Position numbers and translations under genes: made by a program. A stretch of 64,000 bases of DNA from Chloroflexota bacterium (GTDB lineage Bacteria; Chloroflexota; Chloroflexia; QHBQ01), in NCBI GenBank assembly GCA_025355955.1, contig JANXYP010000278.1, positions 284 through 64,283 of the forward strand, read 5' to 3'. Positions 9,840 to 19,388 of this stretch are shown here, piece by piece. A model generated the notes under the pieces. It saw nothing but the letters and a program-made list of their open reading frames with translations, was not told the DNA's origin and searched no databases. Numbering within the stretch: position 1 is the stretch's first letter; each line of letters begins with the position of its first letter.

Positions 9840-9981
9840 TGTTGCGCCCGCCGCGTGTGCTGATTTAACGTTATGTATAGTTATTATACGCGCCTTCGCG
9901 TCAATTTGCAACTAGCTATCCGCTAATATTGCCCTAAAGTGAAGGGTTTGGCGGCGGCCAGCCTATAATAGCAGTAACCAG

Positions 9982-12726
9982 ATGAACACAATCAGCCCAC
10001 AGCGTAATAGGATGATTGCCGCCCTCGCCCTTAGCCTGCTGGCGTTGCTGCTGGCGCTGCCTGCCGCCGCGCCGCTGACTGGTTATAACCTTGATGTGGG
10101 CGGCCCCCTCGATGCGCCGTTCATCTCCGGGATGGGGTTGCCAGGGGCCGTTGACAGGGTGAGCTACCGTTGGAGCGACGGCGCGGCTGGCGTGCGCCTG
10201 CCCGCGCTGGACACATCTGCGCCAATCCTGGTTAGCATCCGCACCGGCGCGAACTGGTGGCCGACCGCCACGCCACTGACTATGACCCTGCGAGCCAACG
10301 GCCACGCCGTCGCCGCCCTGCCACTGCACCCTGGCTGGGACTGGTACACCGCGACCATCAGCCCCGCACTGTTGCGCTCCGGCCTGAACCTTACCATCGA
10401 GAGCGCCACCTTCACCGATGTCAACGGCCTAAATCGGCTGGGCCTGCCGCTCGATGCGGTTGCGGTGCAGTCGCTCGACTCCGCCCCCGCACCCGACCTA
10501 TGGCTGCCTTTGGCCCTCGCCCTGGCCGTGCTGCTGGCAACGCTGCTGGGTTGGCGGCATAACTGGCGGTCGGGATTGGCGGTGGGGCTGTTGGCGATCG
10601 CCACGCTCACCCCGGCGTTGTATCTCTACCGCCCGCTGTTCGCCCTCTACATCAGCACGGTGCTAGTCGCGCTGGCAGCAAGTCTGGCGCTGGCTCACTT
10701 CCGCCCCTGGCTGCGCCGCCCTGCCCCCAGCGATGCGCGGGTAGGGCTGTATCTGTTCGTCGCCGCCCTGGCCGTTTACCTGTTGCTCACTCCCGGCCAG
10801 TTCACTTCTGATGATGACAAAGTAAAGTACCTTGCAACTGAGAGCCTGCTTGTGCGTCACAGCTTTGCCCTACCCACGCCAATCTACGGCGCTACCTACA
10901 GCAAATATGGCCTCGGCCCCAGCCTGGCAGATGCGCCACTGCTTGCCCCCGTGCTAATCCTGGAGCAGGCGCTCGGCACACCGTTGCCTGTGCTGCGCCA
11001 GTTCAGCGTGATCCTGTTGAACCCATTGCTGGGGGCGTTGCTGGTGTTGCTGCTCTACCGTACCGCGATGCTGCTCTACCGTCGCCGCGCCGTGGCAATC
11101 GTCCTCGCCCTGATCGGCGGTGGCGCTACTACCATCTTCGCCTATGCGCTGCTGACCAGCGCCGAACTGCTGCTTGCCACCCTGCTGCTGGCGCTGGCCT
11201 ATTGTCTGCTGCGCTACTTCGACGCTGGCGATAGTGATAGTGATACAGCAAAAAGCATCACCTTGCAGCAAACTAAGCCCCCAGCGGGGGTTTGGGGGAG
11301 AGAAGCCGCCCCACTACTAACAAAGCCCCCAGCGGGGGTTTGGGGGAGAAATGCTGACCAGCTACCAGGTTCGTCGTTGTCCGCCTCTGCATTGGGTAAT
11401 AGCGTAGACGATCGCCGTGTATGGCTGATACGTTCGGGGCTGCTGCTGGCAGCGTTGACCCTGGTCAAGCAGGAATACGCGCTAGTAGGGCTGCTGGTGC
11501 TGGGCTGGTGGCTGCTGCGGGTGCGTCACGCAAAGGCGACCAGCGGCGCGGCACTGCGCGGTGGCATATTGCTGGCCGCGCCGCTGCTGCTGGCAATTGC
11601 CGCCAACGTCGGCTATAACCTGCTCTGCAGCGGCGACCCGCTTAATCCCGGCTACACCGCCACCGCCTTTGCTGCGCCGACCATTAGCGCGGAACTGACC
11701 GGCATTTACGGGATGCTTGCCAGCCCCGGCAAGAGCCTGTTCCTCTACTCGCCACCGCTGCTACTACTGCCGTGGGTGGTGGGTCGTTTCTATCGTCGCC
11801 ACGCCTGGGATGCCGCGCTATGGACGGCGATCAGCATACTGCTGCTGCTCTTCTATGCGCGACTATCGTTCTGGAGCGGCGATCTCGCCTGGGGGCCGCG
11901 CTATATCATGCCACTCACCCCATTGCTGCTGCTGCCGCTCGGCACACTGCTGCTCGACTTCAGCACCTGGCGGCGCGGCTATAAACTCTGCGTTGGCGGG
12001 CTACTGCTGCTCGGCGGGGCGGTGCAGCTACTCAGCGCTCTGGTCAGCTTCCAGGCCGCTTTCTTCGCCGACTTGCCACCCGCTGGCGACATTCCCAGCC
12101 ATTACACCGCCTGGCAGTTCATCCCCTGGCAATCGCCGCTGGTAAGGATGGCGGCGATGCTGCTGGGCGGCCAAATCAACGCCCAAGCCATCAACCACCT
12201 GAGCAGCTACGGCTTGCCCCTGCTTGCCGATTACCTTGCGCCCGCCGCGCTGCTTTCCATAGCGGCATTGTCGATTGCTACCATCATTGACGCGCTTCAC
12301 GCGGGCGTATACGATTCGCCCCTACCCTATCTACTCACACCTCGTCCCTCATCCCTTATCCCTCGCGCCTCATACCGCGCCCCTCATCGCTCATCCCTAC
12401 CCTTGCGCCACCTCGATTTGATCCTCGTCGAAGACGGGGTCGTGGCCCAGCGTGGCGCTGACCTCGCGCTTGAAGCTATCCGCATCGACGTTGAAGCCGC
12501 GCGGCTCAATCTTGACCTCGTAGCTGCCGCTGCGGATAAAGAGCAGCAACAAGTCGGGGCCACCGTTGTGCCTGGCGATCTCGGCGATCTGGTGCATCCT
12601 ATCGGTGTCAGCATCGGCATCGTCGCTGACCGGCAGGCGCAGGTGCAGACGGCGCACCCAGGTGGTCGCTGGAGGTGGCGGGGCGGACACAGACTTGCCG
12701 CCCTGCTTCGCACCCTCCTTGCCTGA
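9982..12726 (+). CDS. Polytopic membrane glycosyltransferase (GT-C/ArnT-PMT-like); the C-terminus after about 12300 is probably read-through
   Basis: SDDDKVKY, YSKYGLGPS, PGKSLFLYSP and WGPRY motifs; many TM helices; the last 330 nt overlap the convergent gene. Confidence 0.75.
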   Translation: MNTISPQRNRMIAALALSLLALLLALPAAAPLTGYNLDVGGPLDAPFISGMGLPGAVDRVSYRWSDGAAGVRLPALDTSAPILVSIRTGANWWPTATPLTMTLRANGHAVAALPLHPGWDWYTATISPALLRSGLNLTIESATFTDVNGLNRLGLPLDAVAVQSLDSAPAPDLWLPLALALAVLLATLLGWRHNWRSGLAVGLLAIATLTPALYLYRPLFALYISTVLVALAASLALAHFRPWLRRPAPSDARVGLYLFVAALAVYLLLTPGQFTSDDDKVKYLATESLLVRHSFALPTPIYGATYSKYGLGPSLADAPLLAPVLILEQALGTPLPVLRQFSVILLNPLLGALLVLLLYRTAMLLYRRRAVAIVLALIGGGATTIFAYALLTSAELLLATLLLALAYCLLRYFDAGDSDSDTAKSITLQQTKPPAGVWGREAAPLLTKPPAGVWGRNADQLPGSSLSASALGNSVDDRRVWLIRSGLLLAALTLVKQEYALVGLLVLGWWLLRVRHAKATSGAALRGGILLAAPLLLAIAANVGYNLLCSGDPLNPGYTATAFAAPTISAELTGIYGMLASPGKSLFLYSPPLLLLPWVVGRFYRRHAWDAALWTAISILLLLFYARLSFWSGDLAWGPRYIMPLTPLLLLPLGTLLLDFSTWRRGYKLCVGGLLLLGGAVQLLSALVSFQAAFFADLPPAGDIPSHYTAWQFIPWQSPLVRMAAMLLGGQINAQAINHLSSYGLPLLADYLAPAALLSIAALSIATIIDALHAGVYDSPLPYLLTPRPSSLIPRASYRAPHRSSLPLRHLDLILVEDGVVAQRGADLALEAIRIDVEAARLNLDLVAAAADKEQQQVGATVVPGDLGDLVHPIGVSIGIVADRQAQVQTAHPGGRWRWRGGHRLAALLRTLLA
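11275..11349 (+). repeat. Two in-frame copies of a MITE terminal repeat inside the glycosyltransferase CDS
   Basis: aagcccccagcgggggtttgggggaga x2, 48 bp apart, encoding TKPPAGVWGR twice. Confidence 0.85.
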
Positions 12727-15198
12727 AGGGCGGGCGCTGCTGCCATTGTTGGGGTTGGTGCGGTTCACGGTATTGGTAGTCGTCCTCTCTGCTGGTACTG
12801 GATCAGGCTTTGCCTGGCTGGGCGCTAGTTCGTCGATTACGTCGAAGATATCGCCCCGCATACTGCTTCCCCTCTCCTTCGGGGAGAGGCTGGGTGCGGG
12901 TAGGGGCAGCGGGCCGATCGCGCCGCCTTCGTAGCTGCTCACCTGCTCGACTAGCAGCGCGGCCTGGCCGTCGTTGACCAGCAAGGTGCCGTAGGCCAGC
13001 AGCAGCCGCCCCTCGACGGCAGCCAGTTGCGTATGAGCGGGAGGGTAGGCAAAGACGTGCAGTTCGCCTGCCAGGTCGCGCAGCCGCGCCGCCACTAGCG
13101 GGTTGCCATCGCTGCTGACCAGCCGCCGCATCCCGTACATTATCCCCAGCGCCCGGCCGTGACTGCCCGATGTGGGCAACGCCGCGCTGCTGAATAGCCG
13201 CCCGTCGGCGGTTGCCGCCCGCCAGTGTTCGGCATGGGCAGCTAGTGGATGCAGGCCCAGTGGTGCAGTTGCGTCCGCGAAATACTGCTGTGGTTGGTGC
13301 GCCTTGATGTAGGCGAGGCGATAGTTGTCCCAGGCCAGGCAACGGGTGGTGGCATCATCATCACTCACCCCCATCTGCGCCGCCAACGCCGTCACCAGTT
13401 CGCTGATACTGCCCACCGGCGGCAGCGGCCCGCCGCCCTCGATGTCGTCGGCCTCGCCCGCTTGCAGCAAGGCCAGAGTCGCGGCATCATCCAGTGGGAT
13501 GTCCAGCTCTGCCCCCCCCGCCTTTTCCAGCAGATCGAGGGCCGCGCTAGGCGACAGATCAATCCGTACTCCGCCCAGCTTGCTGACTGCTGTGCGACTT
13601 AGGCGCAGTGTGGGTAGTGGCGACCCTCCCTGCAGCGGAAGAGATTCGCCGATCGGCTGGGCGGTTAGCAGCAGACTGCGGCTGCCGCTCTCGCCCGCAC
13701 GCGGTCGCCCCGCCATACTTTGGGCCAGGGTCAACAGGGCAAGCTGCGTCTCGCTCAGGCTGCTTGTATCCGCAATTGCCTTATCGCTAGTCAAGCGAAG
13801 CAGCTGGGCCAGGTCGTCTGCGCTTGCTCCGTTAGCCTGCGCGGCTTCGCGCAAAGCGCTACGCAGGCTGGTGCGTGGCGGTGGCATCAGCAGGCAGGCA
13901 CACCCCGCATAATGTGCTGCTATATACTCTAGCAATTGTTGCTCCCGTGCCACCGTGTATTCCAGGCAGAGGCTGCGTCCCACCCCACCCGACACTGGCA
14001 GCAACTGCGGCGGCAATGCGCCTACGCCAAACGCCAGTGCCAGACTGTCGCCGCCCTGCCCCGCGCCGACGCGCACGGTAAAGCCCTCGGTGCGGGCGTA
14101 AGCGGTCAACTCCTCGGCCAGCACATAGGCAAAGGTCAGCCCCGCCGCCTCGACCATCGTCAACTCCTGCGTCGCCGCCGCGCCAAGTGCAGGCGGCAAC
14201 TGGGCCAGCCGCGCTTGTAGCCGAGCGATTGGCCCTCTCCCAGCCTCCCCCGGTGGGGGAGGGGTTTTGCCCGGTGGCGCAAGCGGCGCATCAGGCAGGG
14301 TCAGACTAATCGTCGCGGCCAGGTTGATCGCGGCTTCCAACGCACCTGGCAGGGCGGCGAAGCGGGCGCGGGCTTCATCTGCGGGCAGCAGCGGACGCGG
14401 CGCAACGGGCATTGGCAGGTTGTGCAAGGTGCATAGCGCGGCGTAGGCAGCCGCCTCGTCCGCGTCAATGTAGTCGGCACAATGCAGCGCCAGCAGCGGC
14501 AGGCCAATTTCCGCCGCCTGCTTATCCAGGCGGACCGCCTGCTGGGCTTCACCCGCATCCACGCCGAGATATAGCTGCCCGTCACAAGCCTGCTTTGCCA
14601 CCATCAGGGCGCGGTTGAGTGCAAGCATCTCCTTCTTGCTACCCGTCAGCATCATCGCCGCCCAACCCAGACTGATCACGGTCAACCCTGCGCCGCACAG
14701 GTTGAGGCTGTCGAGATCCAGAGCGTGACCTTTGTCCGCAAGTTGGCGCAGGTTGGCCCAGCCGTGCTCGTCCCTTGCCAGCAGCAGCAGCGGGGTTGCG
14801 GCAATCGGCTCACGCTTGCCCTTCACCTCCATCGTCTCACCCACCCGCAGCGGCAGCGCCAGCCCCAGCAGCAGCTTCGTCTCACCGTCAGCGGTGTAGG
14901 CGGCTAGATACAACTCCACCGCGCCCGCCAATGTGCCAATGCTGGCAATCACCAAAGGCTGCCAGCCCCGCTCCCAGGCCGCCGCCACAAAATCAGCCAC
15001 CCGCCGCAAACCGCTGGCATCACCCTCGGCGGCCCGCACCAGCAGCAGCGGCAAGCCGTCACCCGCCGGGGCGTGATTCATCGCGCCCTGGCTTGCAACA
15101 TTCTCGCGCTTACCGTCCCGCGACTTGTGCTGATGGGGCGCTTCTTCATCTGCGGTTGGCTCCTCGCCAAACAGCGGCAGCGGCTTGACCTTGCCCAA
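12397..15198 (-). CDS. Degenerate DNA polymerase III alpha (DnaE) paralog, predicted catalytically inactive
   Basis: Collinear with DnaE PHP, palm, IPLDD, AYIKAHQP, OB-fold and C-terminal domain; PDIDIDF is replaced by RSLCLEY. Confidence 0.8.
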   Translation of the reverse strand: MGKVKPLPLFGEEPTADEEAPHQHKSRDGKRENVASQGAMNHAPAGDGLPLLLVRAAEGDASGLRRVADFVAAAWERGWQPLVIASIGTLAGAVELYLAAYTADGETKLLLGLALPLRVGETMEVKGKREPIAATPLLLLARDEHGWANLRQLADKGHALDLDSLNLCGAGLTVISLGWAAMMLTGSKKEMLALNRALMVAKQACDGQLYLGVDAGEAQQAVRLDKQAAEIGLPLLALHCADYIDADEAAAYAALCTLHNLPMPVAPRPLLPADEARARFAALPGALEAAINLAATISLTLPDAPLAPPGKTPPPPGEAGRGPIARLQARLAQLPPALGAAATQELTMVEAAGLTFAYVLAEELTAYARTEGFTVRVGAGQGGDSLALAFGVGALPPQLLPVSGGVGRSLCLEYTVAREQQLLEYIAAHYAGCACLLMPPPRTSLRSALREAAQANGASADDLAQLLRLTSDKAIADTSSLSETQLALLTLAQSMAGRPRAGESGSRSLLLTAQPIGESLPLQGGSPLPTLRLSRTAVSKLGGVRIDLSPSAALDLLEKAGGAELDIPLDDAATLALLQAGEADDIEGGGPLPPVGSISELVTALAAQMGVSDDDATTRCLAWDNYRLAYIKAHQPQQYFADATAPLGLHPLAAHAEHWRAATADGRLFSSAALPTSGSHGRALGIMYGMRRLVSSDGNPLVAARLRDLAGELHVFAYPPAHTQLAAVEGRLLLAYGTLLVNDGQAALLVEQVSSYEGGAIGPLPLPAPSLSPKERGSSMRGDIFDVIDELAPSQAKPDPVPAERTTTNTVNRTNPNNGSSARPSGKEGAKQGGKSVSAPPPPATTWVRRLHLRLPVSDDADADTDRMHQIAEIARHNGGPDLLLLFIRSGSYEVKIEPRGFNVDADSFKREVSATLGHDPVFDEDQIEVAQG

Positions 15199-15322
15199 TC
15201 CCTAATCCTCCTCATTTACGAAAACTGGCCGCGTCATTATATCATCTTGCCCGCCGAAAAGCCACGAATAAGGGTACATAATCACTCAAACCTCAATCCT
15301 CAAACCTCAGCACTCGGCTGCG

Positions 15323-15352
15323 CTTGAACCCCACTTGACAATGTGCTATAAT
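15323..15352 (+). promoter_or_regulatory. Sigma-70-type promoter for the Get3/ArsA-like gene
   Basis: TTGAAC-N17-TATAAT. Confidence 0.5.
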
Positions 15353-15526
15353 TCAGCCCACAGACCCGCAGGACGTTGCGCTCACTCTTGCAACCTTGCA
15401 ACCCACGCTGCGTTTTTGTAAGTAGGCGATGCCGTATTCCGTAGGGCGGGTTGCGCTCGCCCCGCTCATTTGTGCATAGGGGCTAGTGGCACTCGCCCGC
15501 GTCGGGTTACACAGAAAGCAATTTTC

Positions 15527-16693
15527 ATGCGTATACTGCTCTACACCGGCAAAGGGGGCGTAGGTAAGACCAGCGTGGCGGCGGCGACCGCCCTGCGCCT
15601 TAGTCAGCTTGGCTATCGCACTATCATTCTCAGCACCGACTCGGCCCACTCGTTGGCCGATTCGTTGGATACTGCGCTCGGCCCTGAGCCGGTGTTGGTT
15701 GCCCCTAAATTGTGGGGTCAGGAAGTGGATGTTCTACACGAGATCGACCTCAACTGGGAGAAGGTGCAGAACTATGTCACCAGCCTGCTCTCCTGGCAGG
15801 GCATGGAAGGGACGTTGGCGGCGGAGATGAGCGTGCTGCCTGGCAGCGAGGAACTGGCCGGACTGCTACGCATCATCGCCCACCGCGAGAGTGGCAACTA
15901 CGATGTGGTCATCGTCGACTGCGCCCCCACCGCCGAGACCCTGCGCCTGCTCTCCTTCCCCGAAATGGGCGAGTGGTGGTTGCAAAAAATCTTCCCCATC
16001 CAGCGGGCCGCCGCCAGGGTTATGCGACCGCTTATGCGTACCATGACCAATATGCCAATGCCCAAGGATGAAATCTTCGATGCGGTCAAGCACCTGATGG
16101 AGCAGTTGCAGCACATCCATACTATTCTGGTCGACCCGCAGGAGTCGGCGGTACGCATCGTCCTCAACGCCGAGAAGATGGTGGTGAAGGAGGCGCAGCG
16201 TATCTACACCTACCTTAACCTGTTCGGCTACGCCACCGACCTGATCGTGTGCAACCGCGTCATCCCTGATGAGGTCAACGACCCTTACTTTGCCGCCTGG
16301 AAGGATAGCCAGAAGCGCTACCTGGGTTTGATTGACGAGGCGTTCTCCCCCGTTCCCATTCTGAAGGGACCGTTCTTCGATCAGGAGGTAGTCGGCCTGC
16401 CGATGCTGCAGCGCATGGGTGATGCCGTCTATGGCGATCGTGACCCTTCGACCATCTTCTTCACCGGACGGGCGCAGGAGGTCAGGCCGCAGGTGGGCGG
16501 CAAGGGCTACACCCTCAGCCTGCCGCTGCCACTCGCCACCAAGAGCGACATCAACCTGCTGCAAACCGGCGACGAACTGATCGTCCAGGTCGGTTGGTAC
16601 AAGCGCAACATCATCCTCCCCCGCGTCCTCACCACCCTGTCGCCACACGGCGCTCGCTTCGAGGATGGGCGGCTGGTCATCAATTTCAATTGA
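15527..16693 (+). CDS. Get3/ArsA-family ATPase with a C-terminal HSP20-like domain
   Basis: GKGGVGKT, STDSAHSL, DCAPTAETLRLL; single ATPase domain plus an alpha-crystallin-like tail. Confidence 0.9.
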   Translation: MRILLYTGKGGVGKTSVAAATALRLSQLGYRTIILSTDSAHSLADSLDTALGPEPVLVAPKLWGQEVDVLHEIDLNWEKVQNYVTSLLSWQGMEGTLAAEMSVLPGSEELAGLLRIIAHRESGNYDVVIVDCAPTAETLRLLSFPEMGEWWLQKIFPIQRAAARVMRPLMRTMTNMPMPKDEIFDAVKHLMEQLQHIHTILVDPQESAVRIVLNAEKMVVKEAQRIYTYLNLFGYATDLIVCNRVIPDEVNDPYFAAWKDSQKRYLGLIDEAFSPVPILKGPFFDQEVVGLPMLQRMGDAVYGDRDPSTIFFTGRAQEVRPQVGGKGYTLSLPLPLATKSDINLLQTGDELIVQVGWYKRNIILPRVLTTLSPHGARFEDGRLVINFN

Positions 16694-16833
16694 ATGAAGC
16701 GTAGGGCGAGTGCAACCCTCCCCTACGAAATGTAGGGCGAGTGCAACCCGCCCCTACAGAAAATAAAACCGTTTGGTGGGTAAACTCTGAAGCATTTGGC
16801 CTTTGTCGGTGTATATTACGAAGGAGGCGGCTA

Positions 16834-17412
16834 ATGTCCGACGAACACGCGCATAGCGATGCGGCTCAGGATGAGCAGGCAATGCAGCCCTTGGCTGGTG
16901 CTGATGAGGGCGACGCAGCCCAGTTGAACGCCGACGAAATCGAGACGTTGGTGCTGGTCAACGACGACAATGGCGACACCCTGATGCTGGATATGCACAG
17001 CGGCGAAGGGGTCTTCCTGCAGGGCGGACGCAGCATGGCCGAGATAGTGGTGGATGACGATGACGAGATCAGCGATGAGGATACTGACCTCGACTTCGGC
17101 AGCCGCGAACTGGATGCCGGTGACGAGCGCGATGGCTGGGCGATGCCTGATATTATCGGCTTCCTCGAAGAGCGGCTGTTGCCGGAGCAGGCAGCCCGCC
17201 ACAGCCGCAACTTCCGCCGCGAACTACTGCTCGCCGCTCGTTCGCTGATTGATGCCAGCCTGCGCGGGATGGAGCGCGAAGATGTCGAGGGAGATTATAT
17301 CCCAGAGCCGGAAAGCGGCCACAACGTCACTGCCGACCAACCCCGCCACCGCCCCAACGCCCGCCGCGCCGCCCCCGCCAAGCGCGGCCCACAACGCATC
17401 GAACTGGATTAG
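16834..17412 (+). CDS. Acidic hypothetical protein, probable partner of the Get3/ArsA-like ATPase
   Basis: AGGAGG RBS; D/E-rich N-terminal half; RRELLLAARSLIDA helix; ends in RIELD. Confidence 0.7.
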   Translation: MSDEHAHSDAAQDEQAMQPLAGADEGDAAQLNADEIETLVLVNDDNGDTLMLDMHSGEGVFLQGGRSMAEIVVDDDDEISDEDTDLDFGSRELDAGDERDGWAMPDIIGFLEERLLPEQAARHSRNFRRELLLAARSLIDASLRGMEREDVEGDYIPEPESGHNVTADQPRHRPNARRAAPAKRGPQRIELD

Positions 17413-17511
17413 TGCAAGGATACCGATTAGCTATGGCACCATTATAAATTGGGGCAGGGCGAACCGTTGTTCGCCCCTACGGAATTGGCGCAGCACCATA
17501 GCTGATTTGTT

Positions 17512-18917
<1,406 letters not shown>

Positions 18918-18921
<4 letters not shown>

Positions 18922-19355
18922 ACTCGACCGAGCAAAAAGAGTACAATCGTCAGATGATCGAGCAATTCCGTGCCAGTTGGGGTAATCCTGGTGGGCCGAC
19001 GGAAAGCAGACCTATGCTCCTGCTCACCACCACTGGTGCTAAGAGCGGCCAACCTCGCGTCACCCCGATGATGTACCTTCCTGATGACGACCACCTGATC
19101 GTGCTAGCCTCTCATGCTGGAGCAGTGAGCCACCCTGACTGGTATCACAACCTCGTCGCTCACCCCCAAGTGACCGTCGAAGCCAGGGGCGAAACGTATG
19201 CCGCCACTGCCACCGTCACTGAAGGTATGGAGCGACAGCGGCTGTGGACCATAGTAGTTGCACAGTATCCCTTCTTCACCGCGCATCAGGCCAAAATCAC
19301 CCGCCAGATTCCGCTGATTATACTCTCCCGACGAGAAGGTAGCGAGGCTGTTTAA
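18918..19355 (+). CDS. F420-dependent (DDN) nitroreductase family oxidoreductase
   Basis: LLLTTTGAKSGQPR, HPDWYHNLVAHP, RQIPLIIL; start overlaps the sigma-factor stop. Confidence 0.9.
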
Positions 19356-19388
19356 TCAGGCACGCCTACATTCATCACCAATCACCAA

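Noticed and set aside
12397-15198. Active error-prone DnaE2 of an imuABC mutasome
   Set aside because: The catalytic PDxD is absent and no imuA/imuB is adjacent
15527-16693. Arsenite-efflux ArsA
   Set aside because: Single ATPase domain with an HSP20-like tail; no arsB/acr3, arsC or arsD nearby
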